Part shown: positions 50,720 through 58,569 of the stretch, one piece after another
How positions within the stretch are numbered: the stretch's first letter is position 1
How the letters are laid out: the number at the start of each line of letters is the position of its first letter
Assembly: GCA_014860355.1 (NCBI GenBank)
Contig: JACZJV010000148.1
Location: 2,867-66,866, forward strand
Origin: Burkholderiales bacterium
GTDB lineage: Bacteria > Pseudomonadota > Gammaproteobacteria > Burkholderiales > SG8-39
Length of the DNA: 64,000 nucleotides
Reading direction: 5' to 3'
Position numbers and translations under genes: made by a program
The notes under the pieces: generated by a model
Told to the model about the DNA's origin: nothing
Databases searched by the model: none
What the model saw: the letters and a program-made list of their open reading frames with translations, nothing else

Positions 50720-51244
50720 ATGAAATCGCCATTCAATATTAAGCTGGAAATTACCGGGGCAAGCGTTTTGGTCGCATTGGTATCGGTAGGACTGACCGCA
50801 ATCCCAGCGAGCGCGCTCGCGGAGAAGCCGGTGTCCTTCAAGGTTCACTGCATGAATACCGGCAACAGTCCACCAGAGTTGCTTGGTGATCGACAAGGAC
50901 ACTCCATCTCAATAGGCGAATACACCTGCAAAGTAGAAGGTGGCGCGTTAGACGGTGGAGTAATGACTGGTACGCATCTTACGGAATGGGATGGAGTCAA
51001 CGGCGTTGGTAAAGCCGGTTTCGGAGTCACTCGCACAGCTGGTGGAAAAGCCGTTTATGTCAACACCGAAATGAAAACCACCTTGACGATGAAAGATGGA
51101 AAGGTTACCGGCTTTCTTGCCAACGGGCGCGGCTATTACGCAGTAGCCACTGGCGCCGCCGAATCGGTCGCCGGTAAGACCTACAGCTACGTCTCAAAGC
51201 CGAGTGGCCCCCGTCAATTCATCATTGAAACTACCTTGGACTAA
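50720..51244 (+). CDS. Secreted hypothetical protein (signal peptide, beta-rich)
   Basis: 174 aa. GGAGG RBS. Signal ...LVALVSVGLTAIPASALA. No recognisable motif. Confidence 0.6.
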   Translation: MKSPFNIKLEITGASVLVALVSVGLTAIPASALAEKPVSFKVHCMNTGNSPPELLGDRQGHSISIGEYTCKVEGGALDGGVMTGTHLTEWDGVNGVGKAGFGVTRTAGGKAVYVNTEMKTTLTMKDGKVTGFLANGRGYYAVATGAAESVAGKTYSYVSKPSGPRQFIIETTLD

Positions 51245-51250
51245 ACAATC

Positions 51251-51279
51251 AGATCCCCCGCGCTTGGGCGCGGGGATCT
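51251..51279 (+). terminator. Stem-loop immediately after the 50720 gene (12-bp GC-rich stem with one bulge, TTGG loop)
   Basis: AGATCCCCCGCGC-TTGG-GCGCGGGGATCT. There is no clear T-run, so terminator function is uncertain. Confidence 0.45.
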
Positions 51280-51318
51280 AGATTGATGTCTGTGAGCACG
51301 AGTTAAGGGAGAAACCCC

Positions 51319-51792
51319 ATGAGCAATATAGCGTTATTCGTGATTCGCAGTCTGATAGCGATTCCAGTAGTTGTCGTCGCACTGTCACTGTCCTTAGCCA
51401 CCGCTCCTATCCCGGCGACGGCGGCTCCCCCGTCTATGCCAGGGGATGTTCAGATGGTACAGCCCGATCCTTCTCTGCCCAAGGAATTGGCGGCTTTCTC
51501 TGGAAAATGGGAAGGGAGTGGACTCGATACCGCAAAGGGACAGATTCAGTTCTTTCTCATCGTGGAAGAAATTACCAAAGAAATGGCAACCCTTCGTGTT
51601 TGGCATAGCGTTCATGGTTGGTCTCAGCGGGAAGCCGAGGTGGCCAACGAAAGCGGGAAATATAAACTTCGGTATAAAGGACCATTTGGTAAGAATGTGA
51701 TTACGTCAACCGGGGCGGGATTGGTTTTTGATGCACAACATCGTGATGGGAAAGCCTCTTGGTTCACTATTAATCTTAAACGCGCACCTTAA
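51319..51792 (+). CDS. Secreted or membrane-anchored hypothetical protein
   Basis: 157 aa. N-terminal hydrophobic signal SLIAIPVVVVALSLSLATAPIPATA. No recognisable motif. Confidence 0.55.
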   Translation: MSNIALFVIRSLIAIPVVVVALSLSLATAPIPATAAPPSMPGDVQMVQPDPSLPKELAAFSGKWEGSGLDTAKGQIQFFLIVEEITKEMATLRVWHSVHGWSQREAEVANESGKYKLRYKGPFGKNVITSTGAGLVFDAQHRDGKASWFTINLKRAP

Positions 51793-51983
51793 AGAAGCGA
51801 TAACAGAATCAATCCGCCTCGTGGAGCGGCCGCCGCTATCCTACTTGTCAGGAAAAGCATCATTAGCTATCGACCTGAAATGCGGAAACAGAAAAATTGG
51901 TGGGCAGCACCGCACCGTTCATAACGTGAGAATTAATCGGTTGCCAATCAAGAGAGCGCTATCTAATGAAAAAGGAGTGACTC

Positions 51984-52367
51984 ATGACTACGAGCAAGAC
52001 TAAGGTTTTTCGTTTTACTATGCTTGGGTTGATCGCGTTCGGCATGGCCGGCCTCGTGGCCGCTCAAGGCAATTCTCGCTCGTTCGAGGCGTCACCTGAC
52101 GTCTACAAAGTACTCGCGCAGAGCGATCAATATCTCGTAATTGAGATAACTTGGAAGCCGGGTCAGCGTGACCAATTTCATTCACACCCAGCCTCCGGCG
52201 GGTACTACCTCAATGATTGCAAGGTGCGCTGGCATAGGCCAGACGGTAGTTCGCGCGATTTCACGAACCCTGCCGGTCGTGCCTTTGCGTTACCACCCGT
52301 TGAATCACACTCAATGGAGAACATTGGCGACTCCGAATGCCGCGTCATCCAGTTTGAGCCAAAGTAA
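51984..52367 (+). CDS. Cupin-domain protein with an N-terminal signal/anchor
   Basis: 127 aa. AAGGAG RBS. FHSHP...G...H pattern of a cupin metal site. Signal LGLIAFGMAGLVAAQG. Confidence 0.6.
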   Translation: MTTSKTKVFRFTMLGLIAFGMAGLVAAQGNSRSFEASPDVYKVLAQSDQYLVIEITWKPGQRDQFHSHPASGGYYLNDCKVRWHRPDGSSRDFTNPAGRAFALPPVESHSMENIGDSECRVIQFEPK

Positions 52368-52457
52368 GGGCTAAGTTTTCTGGGCATGCGTCGCAAATCG
52401 CATCGGCGCAAAGAAGGATAAAGGGCGGCGCGCTGCTCGACAAAGCCTTAGGGGATC

Positions 52458-53465
52458 ATGATGGCCAAACTTAAAAGACACTTGATACTTGTTGCGTTCT
52501 TTGCCTTGGTTCCGCTCACCCAGCCTGGCACTGCGCCTTCGAACTGGGCCGACGCCGCTGGTGGCCCGAATACTGCGAAACCGGGGAGTACGGGATTTGC
52601 ATCCAAGCTGGGTAACGTCGGTGAAACGCGCACGCTCGAAATACTTCCATTGGTGGATTGGAACACCGCCAGCCTGAAGCTTCGCGGCGAGGCCGGAGTG
52701 TCCTATCTAGTACGCACCGACAAAAGCACTATTTTGTTCGATGTCGGTGGAAATCTTGAAAATAGCGACCCGTCCCCGTTGGTTGCGAACATGCTGCAGC
52801 TGGGAATTAAACTTGCCGACATCGACACCATCGTGATCTCACACAATCACCCGGATCACGTAGGGGGGCAAACTTCGATGTTCTCACGGACGTTTTCGCT
52901 GGATAGTAAGCCCGTCGATCTTCGGGGAAAGCGCGTCTACGTACCCATTCCAATGACGTATCCGGACATTGAGCCGGTTACGGTTCTCGAACCGATGGTC
53001 ATCGCACCTGGTGTTGCCACGATTGGCCCAATTACCGGAAGGATAAACATGGGTCCTGTTGACGAGCAGGCGTTAGCAATCCGGGTGGAGGGCAGGGGCA
53101 TAGTGCTGATCGTAGGCTGCGGACACCAAGGGCTTTCCAATTTGCTCACGCGCAGCACGCTACTCTTCGAGGAGCCGATATACGGCGTTGTCGGTGGATT
53201 GCATTATCCGATACCGCAGGGTCGCGTAATTGTGGCGGGTGTCGATATTCAGCGCTGGGCGACTTACGGGTCTGATAGTGGTCCGACCGCCGATGACGTG
53301 CAGCGCGAGATCGACTTGCTTGCCAGAACGGGGCCACAGTGGGTATCGTTGAGTCCGCACGATAGCAGCGATGAGATGATTGAGGTTTTCCGCGCAAAAT
53401 TCGGGCCGCGTTATCACGACCTGCGAGTGGGAGAGGCGCAACTAATCGCGGGAGTGAAACCTTAG
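52458..53465 (+). CDS. Secreted MBL-fold metallo-hydrolase (COG1237-like)
   Basis: 335 aa. SHNHPDHVGG (HxHxDH). EILPLVDW...GVSYLVRTDKSTILFDVGGN opening. N-terminal signal. Confidence 0.75.
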   Translation: MMAKLKRHLILVAFFALVPLTQPGTAPSNWADAAGGPNTAKPGSTGFASKLGNVGETRTLEILPLVDWNTASLKLRGEAGVSYLVRTDKSTILFDVGGNLENSDPSPLVANMLQLGIKLADIDTIVISHNHPDHVGGQTSMFSRTFSLDSKPVDLRGKRVYVPIPMTYPDIEPVTVLEPMVIAPGVATIGPITGRINMGPVDEQALAIRVEGRGIVLIVGCGHQGLSNLLTRSTLLFEEPIYGVVGGLHYPIPQGRVIVAGVDIQRWATYGSDSGPTADDVQREIDLLARTGPQWVSLSPHDSSDEMIEVFRAKFGPRYHDLRVGEAQLIAGVKP

Positions 53466-53509
53466 CTCGAAACGAGAGACCGCTTTCTAGCAGTACGGGT
53501 GGCCGGAAC

Positions 53510-53598
53510 GGGTCGGGAGTGACGATTCGCGCTTTGGAAAAGCTGCCGCTGGCCGAAATTTCAGCAGGCGACGGATGTCAGAGAGTACAACCGGCCAG
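53510..53598 (+). repeat. Island repeat copy A (89 nt)
   Basis: GGGTCGGGAGTGACGATTCGCGCTTTGGAAAAGCTGCCGCTGGCCGAAATTTCAGCAGGCGACGGATGTCAGAGAGTACAACCGGCCAG. Differs from copy B by 3 substitutions and 1 one-base indel. Confidence 0.9.
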
Positions 53599-53764
53599 TA
53601 GCGGAAGTTGGAGCATAGACCCCAGAGGGGCTGCTTCTGACTTTCAATGGACGCTCAGGTTTTCAGAGGAGCGGGCCGGATCCATTTACGTCCATATCGG
53701 CCTGCTCCCCGATGGCAAAGGGGGTCAATCGCGAATGTAATTATTGGTTGGCATAAAAAGCGGT

Positions 53765-55108
53765 TCAGAAAGAGCAGTTCACGTAGTGACCACTGGAACC
53801 GAAGTATTGGAAATCCGCGCGCACGTTCTGGCCATTCGTGCAGTCGATGTTGCCGTTGATGAATACGCTGCCGTTGTTGCTGATGTCGGCGGCGCTGTCG
53901 TTACTCGGGAACACGTCACCGTTGACGATCACGGCACCGTTACTGCTGCCGAGCAGGCGCACGTTGGAAGTGGGACCGCGAGCCCAGATGTTGCCGTAGA
54001 CGATGACCCTGCGAAGATCGGCGGTTGAGAGGTTGTACGCCTGCACGTTGCCTCGGACAACGGTCACAGAAGCCGGCACGCTCGGGTCAATTCGCAGCGA
54101 CGACACCGACCCGACCTCGAGCGCGCTGCCGGGGCCCGTGTTCGCAATCGTGTTGCCGCTTCCGGACACGCGGGCGGTGGAATTGCGCTGGACCGAAAGG
54201 GTGGCGCAGCTGAAGGTCGCGGCGCCGCTGATCAACGTGTTGCCTTCGTTTAGACTCAGCGCGGATCCGTCCCCGATGAATACCGCGCAGGAACTGTCGC
54301 CGGTCGCAGTGACGCGGGAATTTTCCATCAACACCGACGACGAGCGCAGTGCGCTCACCGCTGTGCGTCCGGCAGATTCGACGGCGCTGTTGGCGAGGTC
54401 TACCGAACCGTTGTCAGACGCCAGCACGGCGACTTCCGCGTTGCCTCTGATCGTCGTCGCGCCCGGCTCGTTCATGAGGTTCTTGCCGATGAGCGCCCGA
54501 GAGCCACGACCGACCACCACGCCGTTCGTACCATTGGAGTCGATGGTGCTGTTGGTGATTTCCGCAATCCCACCGCCCTGCGCGTAGACGCCCGCCTTGA
54601 CGTTGTCGCGCGCGGTGCAGTTGTCGATACGCAGGAGCCCGCCACCGATGAGCGATGCGCCGTTTAACCCGTTATTCTCGAGAATGCAATTTCTGAGTTC
54701 AACTCTGCTGGCGACCACGGCGATACCGCTAGAAGTGCCGCCGGCCAGCGTGATGTTCTCGATTTCGATCCGGCCGGGTGCCTCTACCGTGACGGGACTC
54801 TCATCGTAGCGGTCGGCTTCCTCAACGCCTATGATCTTGCTCGAACCGGGATCATTCCCTCGCAACGTGACGTCACCTCGGTGGATAGTCACGTTCTCGT
54901 GGCAAGTGCCCTCGATCAAGACGATCACGCGGCCCTTGTCGGGTGATGTCTCGATTGCCTTGTTGATGGACTGCGAGGGACAGCGAACCTTGACGATATG
55001 GGTGGTGGTGTCAGCCGTGGCGGCCCCTGAAACGAATGTCATCGACAGGCTCACCGCGGCCAAAATGGATGCCACCTTGCTGAATGGGGTGTATGTTGAA
55101 TGGGTCAT
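53765..55108 (-). CDS. Secreted right-handed parallel beta-helix repeat protein
   Basis: 447 aa. AGGAGC RBS and a signal peptide. Repetitive N/G/S/V-rich turns (NCILENNGLNGASL.., NSTIDSNGTNGVVV..) are typical of pectate-lyase-fold proteins. Confidence 0.7.
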   Translation of the reverse strand: MTHSTYTPFSKVASILAAVSLSMTFVSGAATADTTTHIVKVRCPSQSINKAIETSPDKGRVIVLIEGTCHENVTIHRGDVTLRGNDPGSSKIIGVEEADRYDESPVTVEAPGRIEIENITLAGGTSSGIAVVASRVELRNCILENNGLNGASLIGGGLLRIDNCTARDNVKAGVYAQGGGIAEITNSTIDSNGTNGVVVGRGSRALIGKNLMNEPGATTIRGNAEVAVLASDNGSVDLANSAVESAGRTAVSALRSSSVLMENSRVTATGDSSCAVFIGDGSALSLNEGNTLISGAATFSCATLSVQRNSTARVSGSGNTIANTGPGSALEVGSVSSLRIDPSVPASVTVVRGNVQAYNLSTADLRRVIVYGNIWARGPTSNVRLLGSSNGAVIVNGDVFPSNDSAADISNNGSVFINGNIDCTNGQNVRADFQYFGSSGHYVNCSF

Positions 55109-55507
55109 TTCTTGCTCCTATCCTTTGGACTCAGCACCATGAGGTGGTGCGACGCCTTCTAAACGGGAAGCACAGATGTGCCGATAAAGATGGGGCCCGT
55201 ACGCCCAGAGAAATGAACGAATACTTACCTAGGCCGCTAATTTTTCATTACTTACAGCATAGGCTGCGCGCTACATCGGCTGGGAGTCAATAGACCGAAA
55301 CTAATGAAGCGGTAGGTTTTCGATGGTTTGTTGACTAATGTCAAACGCGCTTGCGGCTTAAGGCAGGCGGCGGCTGGGAATACCATGATTTCGTCACATT
55401 GGCGACGGCCGGCGTTTCGCACGGTGACGAAGCTCAGCCGAGCACAGCCAGTGACCGCAATCGCTGCGTTGCTGCCGTTGAGCCACCAAGCCGTAACTGA
55501 CCGCATT

Positions 55508-55595
55508 GGGTCGGAGTGACGATTCGCGCTTTGGAAAAGCTGCCGCTCGCCGAAATTGCAGCAGGCGACGGGTGTCAGAGAGTACAACCGGCCAG
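55508..55595 (+). repeat. Island repeat copy B (88 nt), a direct repeat of copy A
   Basis: About 95 percent identical to 53510-53598, in the same orientation and 1998 bp downstream. The flanks on both sides are unrelated. Confidence 0.9.
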
Positions 55596-55791
55596 GACCG
55601 GCCGCTCGATGTTTTCCCACATACCGGACTCATGTCGGCTGGAGCCTGCCCGGCGCACTCGCTGTCCCTGGATGCGCTCAGATTAGAGCCCGGCGCAACA
55701 CGTTTGCTGTGTCGCGTACCGCAGGCAATCCGCACCGCAGCAGCCAGCCCATGTGGCAGGGTGGCAGGATAGTTTGTCGGTCGCCGCCGAA

Positions 55792-56607
55792 TTAGCGGCC
55801 TAATTCGAAAGGCGAGGCGATTTCGAAGAAGTCGCCTCGCAACATCGTGGATGGGGGAATGCCGAACATCTGATGAAACGTGCGTGTGACATGCGCCGCA
55901 TCAGCAAAGTCCGCCGCCTGCGCAGCCGCCGTAATGGTGCGTTCGCGCGCGATGGCGAGCGTGGCCCGCGTGAGCTTGCGCCAGAGCATATAGCGCCGAA
56001 ACGGCAGTCCGACCTGCTGCTTGAACAGATGCGCAAAGCGACTGGGCGACAGGTGGACAATTGCCGCCGCGGCTTCCAGCGACATGCGCAGGTCGGCCGA
56101 TTCGCGAATGGCATTCAACACTCTGGTCACCCGGGGATCGCGCTGCCGGGTCGGCGGCTCGCCCGCGCATAATGCTTGAACGCAGTGCCGGATCAGCGCT
56201 GGTACTGCCAAGCTTGCAAACGGCTGCTCGCAAAATTTTCGAAGCTCCGACACGCATGAAGCGAGGACGGCGTCCGGAAGGAGCGTAATTTCCTCCATCA
56301 GCGCGGCGCGCAGCCAGGTCCCTTCGGTCGATTCCGGATCCAGCATCAACATGGCGCCAAGCGAGCCTTGGCCATTGTAGGAATGCCTGGCGTCCGGGCG
56401 CACGATGATGCCGCGTCCGGACCGCCAGTCTCCGCGCGAACCCCGTATGCTCGCCATGCCGTCGATGCTGATGACGATCTGGATGGCGTGATGCGCGTGG
56501 GGCGGAACGACGCCTTTGCTGCGCCCGACGGCGAGATACCCCCCGTCCCACAAGTACCACCGCGGCGCGTCGCGCCCTTCGGGGTACTCGACCGAGTACT
56601 CGGTCAA
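55792..56607 (-). CDS. AraC-family transcriptional regulator
   Basis: 271 aa. C-terminal double HTH (LSPSRFAHLFKQQVGLPFRRYMLWRKL...ADFADAAHVTRTFHQMFGIPPS). TTG start as in the track. Confidence 0.85.
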   Translation of the reverse strand: MTEYSVEYPEGRDAPRWYLWDGGYLAVGRSKGVVPPHAHHAIQIVISIDGMASIRGSRGDWRSGRGIIVRPDARHSYNGQGSLGAMLMLDPESTEGTWLRAALMEEITLLPDAVLASCVSELRKFCEQPFASLAVPALIRHCVQALCAGEPPTRQRDPRVTRVLNAIRESADLRMSLEAAAAIVHLSPSRFAHLFKQQVGLPFRRYMLWRKLTRATLAIARERTITAAAQAADFADAAHVTRTFHQMFGIPPSTMLRGDFFEIASPFELGR

Positions 56608-56757
56608 TTGCGCTCCCGCACCCGGATAGCCGGTTTATTCAAGAACATTAGTGGATTCCTTCAATCCCTGTTACGCGGTGTTCTTTATCTTGTGAGCCAT
56701 CGCGGCGATGGACGACGCGACACATAACGTAAGCACCGAAACTCAAGGAGGATTCAA

Positions 56758-57213
56758 ATGAAAAGTCTACCGTATTACACGGCCGCAGGTTTGGCCATGC
56801 TGGCCATCAGCGTCGCCGGCTGCAGCCACGTGGCGGCGATGGCGTTTGGAACCGGCGCCACGCGTCCGGCAGCCGGTGAATTCGGGGTAGGACCCCGGGT
56901 CTCGGCGGAGCGCCGCTACGTCGCGACCCTGCAGCCGCAACAGGCACTGCGTCCCCGGCAGCTGCAATCGATGCGCGTCTCGATCGTGGACGCCCGCGGG
57001 CAGGCGGTGGACGGCGCAAATATCCTCGTCGATGGCGGCATGCCGCAGCATGGCCACGGCTTGCCGACGAAACCGAGAGTTACCAAGAATCTGGGTGGTG
57101 GTCTGTACGATATCGAGGGCGTGCGTTTCAATATGGGTGGCTGGTGGGAATTCAAACTCGCCATCCGCGGAGTGGCGGGTGCCGACACGGTTACGTTCAA
57201 CCTCGATCTGTGA
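56758..57213 (+). CDS. FixH/YtkA-like Ig-fold lipoprotein
   Basis: 151 aa. Lipobox ISVAGC. MPQHGHG..., and the GGWWEFKLAI pattern seen in this family. AAGGAGG RBS. Confidence 0.55.
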   Translation: MKSLPYYTAAGLAMLAISVAGCSHVAAMAFGTGATRPAAGEFGVGPRVSAERRYVATLQPQQALRPRQLQSMRVSIVDARGQAVDGANILVDGGMPQHGHGLPTKPRVTKNLGGGLYDIEGVRFNMGGWWEFKLAIRGVAGADTVTFNLDL

Positions 57214-57230
57214 CCCGGAGCGACGCAACC

Positions 57231-58502
57231 ATGAAGATCCACTGGACGCAAATCGCAGCAGCTGTTTCGCTGTACCCGTTGTTGACCGCAGTGCATGCGG
57301 ATACGCTACAGCGCGATCTCTGGACTCCCGCCGAAATCGAGCAGATATCGTCGCTTTCGCTGCGCGCGCTGGATGCACTGCCGCCGGACCCGAGCAACCG
57401 TGTGGCGGACGATCCGCGGGCGGTCGCCCTCGGCCAGAGCCTTTTCTTCGACACCCGCCTGAGCTCGAACGGCCGGGTGTCGTGCGCCACCTGTCATCTG
57501 CCGGAGCGCGAATTCCAGGACGGCGCACCGCTGGCCTCCGGCGTCGGCACGACCAGCCGGCGCACCATGACCGTCGCCGCCACGGCGCACAGCCCCTTCC
57601 TGTTCTGGGACGGCCGCAAGGACAGCCAGTGGTCGCAGGCGCTCGGCCCGCTGGAAAGCCCGGTCGAACACGGCGGCACGCGCGCGCAGTACGCCCACGT
57701 AATCGCAGCGAATTACCGCACCGAATACGAAGCGATTTTCGGCGCGATACCGGACCTGAAGCGCATCCCGTCCATCGCCGGTCCGGTACCCGAGGCGGCG
57801 GCCGCCAGGGCCTGGGCCGGGCTGTCGGACGCCCAGCGCGACGCGGTAACCGGAATTTACGTGAATATCGGCAAGGCAATAGCCGCCTATGAGCGACGCA
57901 TCCAGTACCGGGCGTCTCGCTTTGACCGCTACGTTGACGGATTGCGCCAGGCGACAAGTACGCCGCAGAACGCTTTGAGCCCCGACGAAGTCGCCGGCCT
58001 GCGGCTGTTCATCGGCAAGGCGAACTGCACGCAGTGCCACAACGGACCGCTGCTCACGAACAACGAGTTCCACAACACCGGCGTGCCGGTGCGCCCGCGC
58101 CTCCCGGCAGACGCGGGGCGCCTGGCCGGGGCAGATACGGTGCTGCGCGATGAATTCAATTGCCGCAGCCGCTGGAGCGACGCGAACCCTGCGCAGTGCG
58201 CCGAGCTGGAGTACCTGGTGACCGGCGCGCACACGCTGCAACGCGCGTTCAAGGTGCCCTCGCTGCGCAATGTCGCGCAACGCGCGCCCTACATGCACGC
58301 CGGGCAGTTGGCGACGCTGCGCGAGGTGCTCGATCACTACCGTCGCGCGCCCGCGGCGCCGGCCGGCCACAGCGAGCTAAAGCCGCTGCGACTTGCGGCG
58401 AATGAGCTGCAGCAACTGGAGGCCTTTCTGCATACGCTCAGCGGCGGAACGACCGCCCCGCCTATGCCGCAGTCGGTGACCGCGCCGAACCAGAACCGCT
58501 GA
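57231..58502 (+). CDS. Di-haem cytochrome c peroxidase / MauG-family protein
   Basis: The start is trimmed to ATG 57231 (signal MKIHWTQIAAAVSLYPLLTAVHA). Two CxxCH sites (CATCH, CTQCH). PSLRN and PYMHAG motifs. Confidence 0.85.
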   Translation: MKIHWTQIAAAVSLYPLLTAVHADTLQRDLWTPAEIEQISSLSLRALDALPPDPSNRVADDPRAVALGQSLFFDTRLSSNGRVSCATCHLPEREFQDGAPLASGVGTTSRRTMTVAATAHSPFLFWDGRKDSQWSQALGPLESPVEHGGTRAQYAHVIAANYRTEYEAIFGAIPDLKRIPSIAGPVPEAAAARAWAGLSDAQRDAVTGIYVNIGKAIAAYERRIQYRASRFDRYVDGLRQATSTPQNALSPDEVAGLRLFIGKANCTQCHNGPLLTNNEFHNTGVPVRPRLPADAGRLAGADTVLRDEFNCRSRWSDANPAQCAELEYLVTGAHTLQRAFKVPSLRNVAQRAPYMHAGQLATLREVLDHYRRAPAAPAGHSELKPLRLAANELQQLEAFLHTLSGGTTAPPMPQSVTAPNQNR

Positions 58503-58569
58503 ATTGCCCTGCGCTACCGTCCGTGAATCTCACCGAGTCCCTTGCAACCCAACTACATCGAGGCGTCCC

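Noticed and set aside
53519-53740. 73-aa ORF starting with GTG inside repeat copy A (a parallel short ORF starts at 55516 in copy B)
   Set aside because: There is no spacing between the GGAG and the GTG. The two ORFs share only the part of the peptide encoded by the repeat (about 26 aa) and then diverge completely. This is more simply explained as repeat DNA.
44729-55595. Classical integron
   Set aside because: The recombinase is about 200 aa, whereas IntI is about 320 aa with an extra domain. I did not see an attI/Pc arrangement or attC-like paired core sites. Cassette orientations are also mixed.
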